Shown: positions 40,421 to 50,600 of the stretch, in pieces | Numbering within the stretch: the first letter of the stretch is position 1 | How the letters are laid out: each line of letters starts with the position of its first letter | Source: a bacterium | GTDB lineage: Bacteria > Electryoneota > Electryoneia > Electryoneales > Electryoneaceae | Assembly (NCBI GenBank): GCA_963675295.2 | Contig: CAXXKJ010000002.1 | Span: forward strand, 448,001 to 512,000 | Direction: 5' to 3' | Length of the DNA: 64,000 bases | Position numbers and translations under genes: made by a program | The notes under the pieces: model-generated | What the model saw: only the letters and a program-made list of their open reading frames with translations | Databases searched by the model: none | Told to the model about the DNA's origin: nothing

Positions 40421-41035
40421 TGTGAGATAGTCAACGAGCCGGGCGTGAGCTCAGATGGAGTTCACGTCCGGCCTGTGGATAAGAAGTATGAGCATCAGGT
40501 TGGCGGCCTGAGTACCTGATATTCCCTCCGCATTTCTCCTCGTTTCTCGTGTTTCAGTCTGAGCTCAGAGCGATATTCTGGTGTCAGAATCTGCTCGAAT
40601 TTTGAGTTAGCGTGCGCTACTTTTTCGTGATCGAGCGTGTGCGAGCGCAAAATTTCCGCTCCGAAGAGAGCCACCGAAAATTCCAACCGCAGGAATTGAT
40701 ATGGATCTAAGTGTAGACTAGTCATAAGGTTAACTCTAAGAAGTTCTGGAGCTGATATAAGTGCTGATCGATAATTACATCTATTACACTATCTTGCGCT
40801 GTTCGCATTCAGCAGACTACCTTCTTACTCACAAAGAGAAAGAATTCACGAGTGTGTGGCGGGATGGAGGTTGTCTCCGGGTCATGCGCTACGTCACAAC
40901 GGCGGTTTGAACGACAACCTAGGTTTGCATTCAACAGAGATGCCTGCTCAGGACGAGGGGGCGATTGAGTGTCCCGACCCGGCAAGCTGAGGGAATACCT
41001 GGCGCCGGAACACCGGGCGAGTTAGCGGAGGTAGT

Positions 41036-43393
41036 ATGAAGTGGTGGATGAAGGGGACCCTGGTCATCATGCTGATGCTGGGCATGATGCTGATGTTTGG
41101 TGGTTGTGGTGAAGAAGGCGATGACGATAACGGCGCGGGTCCGGCGCCGGAACCGCCGTACGACACCAAGTTGGTGCAGGGTATTGTTGATATACCGGAT
41201 AGTCTAGGTATCGATTTGGGCGAATTGGACGCGGTTGGCTTCGCCGGGCAGGGTGAAGTTGGCAACGACGGCGCGGTTCAGGTGAATGTTGTCGACGAGA
41301 CCGATGGTCCGATGATGTTCTTCCTGATGCACGCGCAAGACGCGTTCCCGGTGCTGATCGGTCTGTTGGAAGATCCGAACGGGGAGATCGAGTTCAGCTT
41401 GGAGACAACGGTTGTCGCCCTGGGTTTGATGAACCCGAACCTGCTGGGCACCTCGGTTGCTGAACGTGAAGAATATGTGGCGGCGCTGCGTGCGAATCCG
41501 GACTTTCCGGCAGCGGTGATGCTGTTGGCGAACACCTTAATGGCGGACGGCGTCAACGCATTGAATTTCGAAGACAACCCGGAAGTGTACCAGACGCTCG
41601 CGATGTTGATGAAGAGCACGATGGAACAGATGGGCCAGGCGGCGACGGTGCAGGAGTTGGATGAGCCGATCCGTCCGGATGTCTACGGTGGCGGCGACGG
41701 CATTGTCTATGTCATGAACGCCTCCTTCACCCATTACGGTGGTGGGTTGTATGACAACGCGGATACGTGGCAGGCGACGTACCCGATCGAACGCAAGCCG
41801 GAAGAGATCGCGTACTGGGGTTGGCCGCCGGTGATGTCGTCCGGCGTGATGACGACTGAGTTCACGCTTCAGGACGGCACGTATCGTCTGACGCTCGAAC
41901 GCGGCCCGGACTTCAGCAACATTTCGGATCAGAACAGTCCGGCGGGTGTGGGTACGTTGAAGAACAGCAGCAACATCATCCTGTCGATTGTCGACCTGAT
42001 GGTTGGTGAGTTGCCGTTGTACCCGGAAGACCTGGAATTGATCAGCCGCTTGTCGGTGAGCCAGGCGCAGACGGCCGCGTTGACGGTTGGTATCACGCAG
42101 GCGGATGAATCGGGCACGTTGCTCGGCTTCCTCGACATCGTCAACAGCAACAGCGGCAATGTGGCTGACTGGATGTGGAACGGTGCGGCTTCGGTGGCTG
42201 CGAATGTGTATCTCGATGTGGCGTCGACGGTGATGGGCAATGTGACGCTGGTTTACAAGCTGATGGCGGTCAGCAATGCGTGCGGGCCGTTCGTGTATGA
42301 CCTCGTCTACGGTCCGGAGCAGGTGACGTTCCTGTTCACGATGGAAAATGGTGAGTTGGTGGGCATCGAAGAGGATAATCCTCCGGTAGCGTCGTTCACC
42401 GTCAGTCCGCCGGCGGGTGTTGTCGACACCGAGTTCACGCTCGACGCGAGCATGTCGGCGGATGATATCGACGAATTCACCGACCTCGAGTTCCGTTGGG
42501 ACTTCAACGGTGACGGCTCGTTTGACACGGCGTGGTCGAACGAATACATGACGACGACGTCGTATTCGGAAACGGGTTCGTACGACGTGGTGCTGGAAGT
42601 TCGTGACACCGGCGGCCAGATCGGTCAGGCGGGTGGCGTGATCAATGTCGGCGGTGGTGCCGGCTCGGCGACGCATATCAAGCTATTCCGTGATGGGTTG
42701 CCGTGGGGCAGCAGCGCGATGGATAACATGCTGCAGAGCCTTGGCTTCACCGAGGGTACAGGCGAATACCAGTACGAAATCCTGTCGTCCGACATGATGG
42801 GTACCGCGCCGTTGGTGCCTGGCGAGGATCTGGTGATTATTTCGAACGACCAGGCGACATACTTCTACCAGAATTACGCCGCGAACATGACGCGTTTCAA
42901 CAACTTCGTCTACATGGGCGGATCGTTGTTCTGGGAAGCGTGTGATGAGGGTTGGGCTGGCGGTAGCATGTTGGAAGCGGGAGTTATTCTTCCGGGCAAC
43001 GTTGGCTACGCGTACAACTACGACAACTACAACTACGTCGTGAATCCGCTGTTGCCGTTGGTGGCAGGCCTGCCGGAAGTTCTTGATCACAACTATGCGA
43101 GTCATGAGGGATTCGTAGACTTGGTTCTTGGTACAACGGTTTACTGCATGGATGGGCTGGAGAATCCGACACTGATCGAGTACAGCCTTGGTGGTGGATG
43201 GGTACTGATGTCGGGTCAGCCATTGGAACACCAGTATGATCACAACTACGGTGTGAGCGATGATATGAACCAGCTACTCCCACGCATTGTCGCCTACTTT
43301 ACTGGGACGGCACTGCCGGAAACGCTGCCGAACGCGATGCCGCAACCGGGGACGATGCAGTCGTCCGCCTCGCAGGACGTGTCGGCGCGGTAA
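41036..43393 (+). CDS. Large lipoprotein with PKD domain
   Basis: SD GGAGG, lipobox FGG-C, PVASFTV...DASMS.D...WDFNGDG...Y...G.Y.V.LEV.D. Confidence 0.82.
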   Translation: MKWWMKGTLVIMLMLGMMLMFGGCGEEGDDDNGAGPAPEPPYDTKLVQGIVDIPDSLGIDLGELDAVGFAGQGEVGNDGAVQVNVVDETDGPMMFFLMHAQDAFPVLIGLLEDPNGEIEFSLETTVVALGLMNPNLLGTSVAEREEYVAALRANPDFPAAVMLLANTLMADGVNALNFEDNPEVYQTLAMLMKSTMEQMGQAATVQELDEPIRPDVYGGGDGIVYVMNASFTHYGGGLYDNADTWQATYPIERKPEEIAYWGWPPVMSSGVMTTEFTLQDGTYRLTLERGPDFSNISDQNSPAGVGTLKNSSNIILSIVDLMVGELPLYPEDLELISRLSVSQAQTAALTVGITQADESGTLLGFLDIVNSNSGNVADWMWNGAASVAANVYLDVASTVMGNVTLVYKLMAVSNACGPFVYDLVYGPEQVTFLFTMENGELVGIEEDNPPVASFTVSPPAGVVDTEFTLDASMSADDIDEFTDLEFRWDFNGDGSFDTAWSNEYMTTTSYSETGSYDVVLEVRDTGGQIGQAGGVINVGGGAGSATHIKLFRDGLPWGSSAMDNMLQSLGFTEGTGEYQYEILSSDMMGTAPLVPGEDLVIISNDQATYFYQNYAANMTRFNNFVYMGGSLFWEACDEGWAGGSMLEAGVILPGNVGYAYNYDNYNYVVNPLLPLVAGLPEVLDHNYASHEGFVDLVLGTTVYCMDGLENPTLIEYSLGGGWVLMSGQPLEHQYDHNYGVSDDMNQLLPRIVAYFTGTALPETLPNAMPQPGTMQSSASQDVSAR

Positions 43394-43431
43394 CCGCACT
43401 ATCGCAGGTTCGCCTGCAACAGCATGATCTC

Positions 43432-43456
43432 AAGCCCGGTCTTCGGACCGGGCTTT
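43432..43456 (+). terminator. Intrinsic terminator
   Basis: AAGCCCGGTC-TTCG-GACCGGGCTTT with a cUUCGg tetraloop. Confidence 0.8.
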
Positions 43457-43618
43457 CTGTCTCTCGGGTGGTGGATATCCAAAAAATGCCACCGGGGTGT
43501 GGGTTGCGGCTCTTGACCTCGCCCCCTCTCTATGCGCATTCTCCAAGACCCCAACCAGATCATGATTCCGGGTTGATTCAGATAGCCCTCGAACCTGCTC
43601 GAAGAAAGGAAAAGTGGA

Positions 43619-44779
43619 ATGGAACAGACCGACATGTTCCTGACGGAAGAGCAGCAGATGCTGCGTCAGATGGTTCGTGAGTTCGCGGAGAATGAAGTTG
43701 CCCCGTTGGCCGAGACGATCGATGCGGAGGAGCGTTTCCCGCATGAGACGATCGAAAAGATGGCGGAGCTCGGCCTGTTGGGTGTCTGCTACCCGGAGGA
43801 ATATGGCGGTGCGGGCATGGACAATCTCTCCTACATCATCGCGGTGGAGGAGTTGAGCCGGGTGTGTGCGTCCACGGGCATCACGTTGGCGGCGCACATT
43901 TCGCTCGGCGTGGGCCCGATCAGCCTGTTTGGTACAGAAGAGCAGAAGCAGAAGTTCATGCCGGCGCTGTGTTCCGGTGAAAAGCTGGGCGCGTTTGGCC
44001 TGACGGAACCGAATGCCGGGTCGGATGCCGGCGGCACCGAGACGACGGCCGTGCTTGATGGTGACGAATGGGTGTTGAACGGCTCGAAGATTTATTGCAC
44101 GAACGGTTCAGTCGCGGGGACGATTGTCTGCACGGCGGTGACGGACCGTGACAAGGGCAGCCACGGCATCAGCAGCTTCATTGTGGAATCGGACAACCCG
44201 GGCTTCCGTGTCGGGAAGAAGGAAAAGAAGCTTGGCATCCGCGCCTCGGACACGGTGATGGTGCATTTTGAAGATTGCCGCATTCCGAAGGACAACATCC
44301 TCGGCACACCGGGCGAAGGGTTCAAGCAGTTCCTGATCACGTTGGACGGTGGCCGGATCAGCATTGGCGCGATGGCGCTCGGGATTGCCCAGGGCGCGAT
44401 GGAGCGCGCGGTGCAGTACAGCCAGGAACGTGTCCAGTTCGGTAAGCCGATCGCGGCGTTCCAGTCGATCCAGCACAAGCTGGCGAACATGGCGACCGAG
44501 ATCGAGGCCGCGCGTCACCTGGTGTATCACGCCTCCCGTCTCAAGGACAAGGGCATGAAGTTCAGCCGTCAGTCGGCGATGGCGAAGCTGTTCGCCAGTG
44601 AAGTGGCGACACGTACGGCGAACGAAGCGATCCAGGTGCACGGTGGGTATGGGTATGTGCGTGAGTATCATGTCGAGCGGATGTTCCGTGACGCCAAGCT
44701 GACCGAGATCGGCGAAGGCACCAGCGAGATTCAGCGGCTGGTGATCGCGCGGTCGTTGATGGACAGCTTCGGGAAGTAG
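43619..44779 (+). CDS. Acyl-CoA dehydrogenase (short-chain/butyryl-CoA type)
   Basis: FGLTEPNAGSDA, LNGSKI..TNG, QVHGGYGY, IGEGTSEIQ. Confidence 0.95.
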   Translation: MEQTDMFLTEEQQMLRQMVREFAENEVAPLAETIDAEERFPHETIEKMAELGLLGVCYPEEYGGAGMDNLSYIIAVEELSRVCASTGITLAAHISLGVGPISLFGTEEQKQKFMPALCSGEKLGAFGLTEPNAGSDAGGTETTAVLDGDEWVLNGSKIYCTNGSVAGTIVCTAVTDRDKGSHGISSFIVESDNPGFRVGKKEKKLGIRASDTVMVHFEDCRIPKDNILGTPGEGFKQFLITLDGGRISIGAMALGIAQGAMERAVQYSQERVQFGKPIAAFQSIQHKLANMATEIEAARHLVYHASRLKDKGMKFSRQSAMAKLFASEVATRTANEAIQVHGGYGYVREYHVERMFRDAKLTEIGEGTSEIQRLVIARSLMDSFGK

Positions 44780-44818
44780 GCGGTTGTGTTCGCCGGGCTT
44801 TGAAGCAAGTCAATCGGT

Positions 44819-44852
44819 ACCCGCACCCCTCATCTGGTGCGGGTGCTTTTTC
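44819..44852 (+). terminator. Intrinsic terminator
   Basis: ACCCGCACC...GGTGCGGGT followed by a T-run. Confidence 0.75.
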
Positions 44853-44871
44853 TCGGGGATGATGCTCGCTG

Positions 44872-45405
44872 ATGTTACCTCCGGTACACACGCAGCGGAT
44901 GACGTTGGTCCCGTCCACGGCGGATCTGGTGGACGCCGAACTGCTCGGCGCGCCGGTGTTGGCGCGTGAGCTGGGGGTGAAGGTCTCGCCGGATTGGCCG
45001 CCGGACGACATGCACGCGGTGCTGGAGTTTTTCGCGAACCAGTTGCGGTACAACCCGAACCAGGAGGGGTGGCGCGGGTGGTACTGGATCGCGAACGATC
45101 TGCCGGTCCCGGAATTGATCGGGAACGGCGGGTTCAAGGGCCCGCCCGACCCGTTGGGCCAGGTCGAGATCGGGTACGAGGTGCTGGACCCATTTCGTGG
45201 GCGCGGGTACGCGACGGAGGCGGTGCGGGCGATGGTACGTTGGGCGTTGGACCTGGCGGACGTGGACACCGTTGTCGCCGAGTGCTTGCCGGACAACGTC
45301 GCGTCGCAACGGGTGCTGAGCAAGGCCGGCTTCGTCGAAATCGGCGACGGGCTGGAAGAAGGCACGCGGCTGTGGCGATGGCGGGGGTTCGGAGTCGATC
45401 AGTAA
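44872..45405 (+). CDS. GNAT (RimJ/RimL-like) N-acetyltransferase
   Basis: VEIGY....RGRGYATEA, N.ASQRVL.K.GF. Confidence 0.9.
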   Translation: MLPPVHTQRMTLVPSTADLVDAELLGAPVLARELGVKVSPDWPPDDMHAVLEFFANQLRYNPNQEGWRGWYWIANDLPVPELIGNGGFKGPPDPLGQVEIGYEVLDPFRGRGYATEAVRAMVRWALDLADVDTVVAECLPDNVASQRVLSKAGFVEIGDGLEEGTRLWRWRGFGVDQ

Positions 45406-45454
45406 CTGAAGTACAGAGTCGAAGGTCGAAAGATCAGCGACGAGGGACGCCAAC

Positions 45455-46000
45455 ATGATCAAACAGCCAGAGATGTATCGTGATTTTCCGCTGCGGGTGG
45501 TGCTGTACCGTGCGCCGCTGCTGCTGGTGACGTTGTCGCTGGGTGGGGTGGTGGCGTATGGACTGGGCTGGATCGCGTTGACGGGGTACGTCGTGTATGC
45601 GCTGATCGCGATCCTGTGGACGATGCGGAACGCCTGCCGTCACTGCGGCTATCACGGCAAACGCTGCGACCTCGGGGTGAGCCTGGTGGCATCCCTGCTG
45701 CATCCGGTACGTGGGAACGCGAAACAGTTCAAGCCGGGTGTGAAGGTGGCGTTATGGCTGCTCGGCGGACTGCTGGCGATCCCGTTGCTGCTGGGCATCG
45801 CGGAACTGGTGCTGATCGGGGTGGGGGTGTTCTGCCGGAATGTGGACGGCGCGGTGATCTGCCCGGCGGCGCTGTGGTTCATGCTGTACGTGACGGCGGT
45901 GGTCGCGACGATCTGGACGACGGTGCTGTCCTGCCCCCACTGCCAGATGCGGAGCGTCTGCCCCTTGAGTTTCTACCGGCCGAAACAGCTCCCGGTTTGA
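45455..46000 (+). CDS. Four-TM membrane protein with two Cys clusters
   Basis: CRHCGYHGKRC and CPHCQMRSVCP motifs. Confidence 0.7.
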   Translation: MIKQPEMYRDFPLRVVLYRAPLLLVTLSLGGVVAYGLGWIALTGYVVYALIAILWTMRNACRHCGYHGKRCDLGVSLVASLLHPVRGNAKQFKPGVKVALWLLGGLLAIPLLLGIAELVLIGVGVFCRNVDGAVICPAALWFMLYVTAVVATIWTTVLSCPHCQMRSVCPLSFYRPKQLPV

Positions 46001-46062
46001 AGAGAAAACCCGGCTCGAAATCGAGCCGGGCATGATAATGTTGCTCCCACCGGTTGTAAGCA

Positions 46063-46233
46063 TCAGTTACTTAAACTGATGGTATGCTGACGGAAATGGT
46101 CAAGCGCAAGCGCCACAATTTCCGATTTAGTCCTCTCAGTGCGAAGTGCGTAATCTTCCAACCATGTATCGAGATCGGACGGAAGTAGCACAACAACACC
46201 AGGAAGGACTCCAGTCAGCAAGAATTGCTCCAT
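46063..46233 (-). CDS. Small ribbon-helix-helix (CopG-like) DNA-binding protein
   Basis: Strong SD AAAGGAGG; VVVLLPSDLDTWLEDYALRTERTKSEIVALAL fits the RHH pattern. Confidence 0.6.
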   Translation of the reverse strand: MEQFLLTGVLPGVVVLLPSDLDTWLEDYALRTERTKSEIVALALDHFRQHTISLSN

Positions 46234-46768
46234 TGGAGCAACCTCCTTTCTGGAGGACCCAGAAATCTGGTGCCATGGGTTGCATGAAATGAGCAAGTAC
46301 CCCATATTGGCACCTGTGTATAGATCGCCGGATCCTTCCGGTTAAAAGCCTCAGTGGTTGGCAACAACTGCTGGGGCTTCTCCATTTTCCGATGGGAGCA
46401 ATTGAGAAGGCTGTACCAGCAGTGGTCACCAAATTGTCAAGGAGCAATAAATTGAGTCTTTCTGAGGCAATTGTCGATATGACTCGACCCCAAGACGCCG
46501 GACAAGGTAGACGGTCGCTTCTTACTTGTCAAGCTCGATCTGGTGGTGAACTATTTTCTCCAAGCAGCAGATCGTGAGGTTCAGATTAGAAACATGCACT
46601 AGATATTGTTTATCTGCTTGATTAATCTGGAGATCGTGATTCCTACCTGTTTCGGCAATGTGAGGATGCCTCCAAATTCCTCACAACCTGGCACCGTCTT
46701 AAGCAAGAAGTAAGAGGACGTTCGGAGGGGAGGCCTGATCCGTCTCCACAACTCCGGTTCGGGGTGCC

Positions 46769-47212
46769 TTACACCCGAAAATGCTTCGACAACGCCAACC
46801 CCTGAGACTGATAATGAGAACCTGAGCCACCATACAATGATTCAGGGATTTCGCTGTTCCGTTGGAAGTTTAGCCGGAAGAACCGTTGGCCGTGTGTGAC
46901 CTGAAAAGGCACGTCATGGCTTCGTACTTCAAGCACTACGCGGGCCCCGCGGGGCTGAGCCCAGCCGAACCCACTGTCAAAAAATCCGGCATAATGAGTG
47001 CGTAGCTCTCCACTGGCCGTATCGTACGGAACCATCTCCGCCGACAGCTCCGGAGGCACCGCGACCCGCTGCGCGGAGGCGAACAAATAAAACTCCTCCG
47101 GCTCCAGAATCAGGGGACGTTCGCCCGGTGCTTCGACCGGTTCCCAGAAGTCGCGCATGTCATAACGGCCGATCCCGGCGAGATCGATTACCTCGCTGTG
47201 ACGTTGCGCGAG
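46769..47212 (-). pseudogene. dcd: 5'-truncated dCTP deaminase (long DCD type), C-terminal part only
   Basis: AQRHSEVIDL...DFWEP, GELRTHYAGFFDSGFG, VLEVRSHDVPF, YQSQGLALSKHF; homology stops near 47210 with an in-frame stop just upstream. Confidence 0.75.
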
Positions 47213-47264
47213 ATCTTCAACTTCGCCGGATTATCGCGGGTACCAATAATTGACCTGCGATAAT

Positions 47265-47576
47265 CCACGACATGAATGTCGTGGGCATGGTCAGTCCTGA
47301 GTCCTGAGACCTGAGACTTGAGTCAAAGACCACAGACCACAGACCACAGACGATAGACCACAGACCTCGTTGCCGACGGTTTACAGCTCACCGATCACAA
47401 GCCCCATAGCCCTAAAGCCTATAGCCCGATAGAAAAAGGACAGCCACGTGATCGTGACTGTCCTTTGGTGTGTCTCAGGTGACTCGGGTCCGCGTTTGCA
47501 TCTTTTGCAACACGGGCACGTCCTTCAAGCCGCTTCCACCTCAGCGCGTCCGCGTTTGTAAACAAACACGGGCACG
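47265..47576. repeat. Composite repeat zone: REP palindrome, heptamer arrays and two GTCCGCGT-[hairpin]-ACACGGGCAC elements
   Basis: CCACGACATGAATGTCGTGG; (GAGWCCT)n(AGACCAC)n; degenerate AGCCCAT-like 7-mers; elements at about 47486-47520 and 47546-47576. Confidence 0.8.
47435..47466 (-). terminator. Intrinsic terminator downstream of PFOR
   Basis: AAAGGACAG...CTGTCCTTT stem with a U tail on the minus strand. Confidence 0.65.
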
Positions 47577-47615
47577 TTGTGGTTGACGTCCGAACGCTTT
47601 GTTATCGTCCGAGCG

Positions 47616-50600
47616 TTACTTCTCGTCGCTGAAGTCGAGCTTCGCGAGCTGGTTGTAGTAGCGCATCTTGGCTTCGTTGCTGGCCTGTGCCATGGTTGCG
47701 TACAGCTCGGCGGCTTGCGGATCGGCCTTCTTCAGCATCCGGAAGCGTGTTTCGGCGTCCATGTACTCGGAAACCGGCTGCTTGACCTTGCGGCTGTCGA
47801 GCTGCAGCGGGTTCTTGCCCTCGGACGTGAGCGCCGGGTTGTAGCGGTACAGGATCCAGGAACCGGTATCGACCGCCATCTTCATGTGGTCGTGTCCCTT
47901 TTCCATCGCGATGCCGTGCGCGATACAGGTCGAGTAGGCGATGATGATGGACGGGCCATCCCACGCTTCCGCTTCCTGGAACGCTTTGACGGTCTGCGCG
48001 TCGTTGGCGCCGATCGCGACCTGGGCGACGTAGACGTTACCGTAGGCCATGCCCATCATGCCGAGATCCTTACGCGCGAGGTTCTTGCCGGACATCGCGA
48101 ACTTGGCCACCGCGCCGAGCGGGGTCGCTTTCGAGCACTGGCCGCCGGTATTGGAATAGACGCCGGTGTCGAGGACGAGGATGTTGATGTTGCGTCCCGA
48201 CGCGAGCACGTGGTCGAGACCGCCGTAGCCGATGTCGTACGCCCAACCGTCACCACCAACGCTCCATACGCTCTTCTTGACCAGCGAATCGGCGAGGCTG
48301 ACGAGGTTGCGCGCCCTGGAATCGGTGTTTCCGGCGAGCTTCTCTTTCAGCTTGGCGACACGGTCACGCTGGGCGAAGATGCCTTCTTCCTCGGACTGGT
48401 CGGCGGAGATGATCTCGTTGACGAGGTCGGCGCCGATGGTGTCCTTAAGGGCCATCATCATGTCGCGGGCGGTTTCGGCCTGCTTGTCGATGGTGAGCCG
48501 GAAGCCGAGGCCGAACTCGGCGCAGTCTTCGAACAGGCTGTTGTTCCACGCCGGGCCGCGACCGTCCTTGTTGGTCGTGTACGGTGTGGTCGGCAGGTTG
48601 CCGCCGTAGATGGACGAACAGCCGGTGGCGTTCGCGATCACGGCACGGTCGCCGAACAGCTGGGTCAGCAGCTTGACGTACGGAGTTTCACCGCAACCGG
48701 AACAGGCGCCGCTGTACTCGAACAGCGGTTCGAGGAACTGGATGCCCTTGACGTTCCGCTTGGTGACGGTCCGGTCCGGCATCGGCAGATCGTTGAGGAA
48801 GAAGTCGTAGTTCTTGCGTTCCTGGTCACGAACCGGCAGCTGCGGGATCATCTCGAGCGCCTTTTTGCCGGACTTCTTGTCGGCGGCCGGGCAATATTCG
48901 GCGCACCACATGCAGCCGGTGCAGTCTTCCGCGGCGACCTGGATCGTGTACTTCATGCCCTCGCCGTATTCCTTGCCCTTGTAGTCGCAGGACTTGAAGC
49001 CGTTCGGCGCGTCCGCAAGCTTCGCGGCGTCGTATACCTTGGCACGGATGGCGCTGTGCGGGCAAATCAGGACGCACTTACCGCACTGGATGCAGATATC
49101 CTCATCCCATTCCGGGATTTCGAGGGCGATGTTGCGTTTTTCGTACTGCGTGGTTCCGGTCGGGAAGGTACCGTCGATCGGCATCGCGGACACCGGGAGA
49201 TCGTCACCCTTCTGGGCGATCATCACGCCGAGGACATCCTTGACGTAATCCGGCGCGTAATCCGGCACGACCGGCGCGCGGTCGAGTGTGCTGGTGACCT
49301 TGTCCGGGACCTTGACTTCGTGCAGGTTGGCGACGGATGCGTCAATCGCCTTGTAGTTCATCTGCACGATCTGCTCACCCTTCTTGCCGTAGGTCTTCTT
49401 CGCGGCGTCCTTGATTGCCTGGATCGCTTCGGCGGGCGGCAGAATGCCGGAAATGTAGAAGAAGCAAGTCTGCATGATGGTGTTGATGCGCTGGCCCATG
49501 CCGACGTCCTTCGCGACCTTGTAGGCGTCGGTCACGTAGAACTTCATCTTCTTGTTGACCAGCTGTTCCTGCACCGGCTTCGGCAGGTGATCCCAGACCT
49601 CGTCCGGACCCCACTGGCAGTTCAGCAGGAAGGTGGCGCCTTCCTGGGCATCCGCGAGCATTTCATACTTCTCGAGGAACACCTGCTGGTGGCAGGCGAT
49701 GAACTGCGGATCGTTGATCAGGTAGATCGACTTGATCGGACGCGGGCCGAAGCGCAGGTGGCTGGTGGTAATCGCGCCGGACTTCTTCGAGTCGTAGACG
49801 AAGTAGCCCTGGGCGAAGTTTTCGGTGCCCTCGCCGATGATCTTGATGCTGTTCTTGTTCGCACCGACGGTACCGTCCGCGCCGAGACCGTAAAACTTGC
49901 CACGGAAGACATCATCCGCTTCAACGCTGAAGCCCGGATCGTAATCGAGCGACAGGTTGGTGACGTCGTCCTTGATGCCGATGGTGAAGTTGGTCCGCGG
50001 CTTGGCGGCGGCGAGGTTGTCGAAAACGCCCTTGACCATCGCCGGGGTGAATTCCTTGGAGGAGAGGCCGTAACGGCCGCCGACGATCACCGGACGCTGC
50101 TTGAGCGTGGTGATTTCTTCGCGGTAGCCCGCGTCGATGGCGTGGACGACGTCCATGTAGAGCGGCTCGCCGCCGGCACCCGGCTCCTTGGTGCGGTCGA
50201 GCACGGCGATCTTCTGCACGGTGTCCGGCAAAGCCTTGAGGAAGGCTTCCACCGGGAACGGGCGGTAGAGGCGGACGTTCAGGACGCCGACCTTTTCACC
50301 CTGAGCCTGCAGGTATTCGACAGTTTCGATCGCGGTCTGGACGGCGGAACCCATCAGCACGACGACTTTTTCGGCATCTTCCGGGCCGAAGTATTCGACC
50401 AGGCTGTACTTGCGTCCGACGAGCTTGGTGAACTCGTCCATGGTTTCCTGCACGATGCCCGGGACGGCGGTGTAGTACTTGTTCGCGGATTCGCGGGCCT
50501 GGAAGAAGACATCCGGGTTCTGGCTCGATCCACGCAGGACCGGCTTGTCCGGGTTGAGAGCGCGTTCACGATGCGCGATCACGAGGTCGTCGGTGATCAT

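Noticed and set aside
40495-40725. 76-aa ORF in AT-rich intergenic DNA
   Set aside because: No SD, no recognisable motif and atypical codon usage
40945-40995. c-di-AMP (ydaO) riboswitch
   Set aside because: Only loose resemblance (AGGACGAGGGGG, CCCGACCCGGCAAGCTGA); the GCTGAATC and GGGGTGAATC core segments are missing
46769-47212. Anti-phage dCTP deaminase defence gene
   Set aside because: The motifs are those of the housekeeping dUTPase-fold DCD family, not the kinase + zinc deaminase defence type, and the gene is truncated
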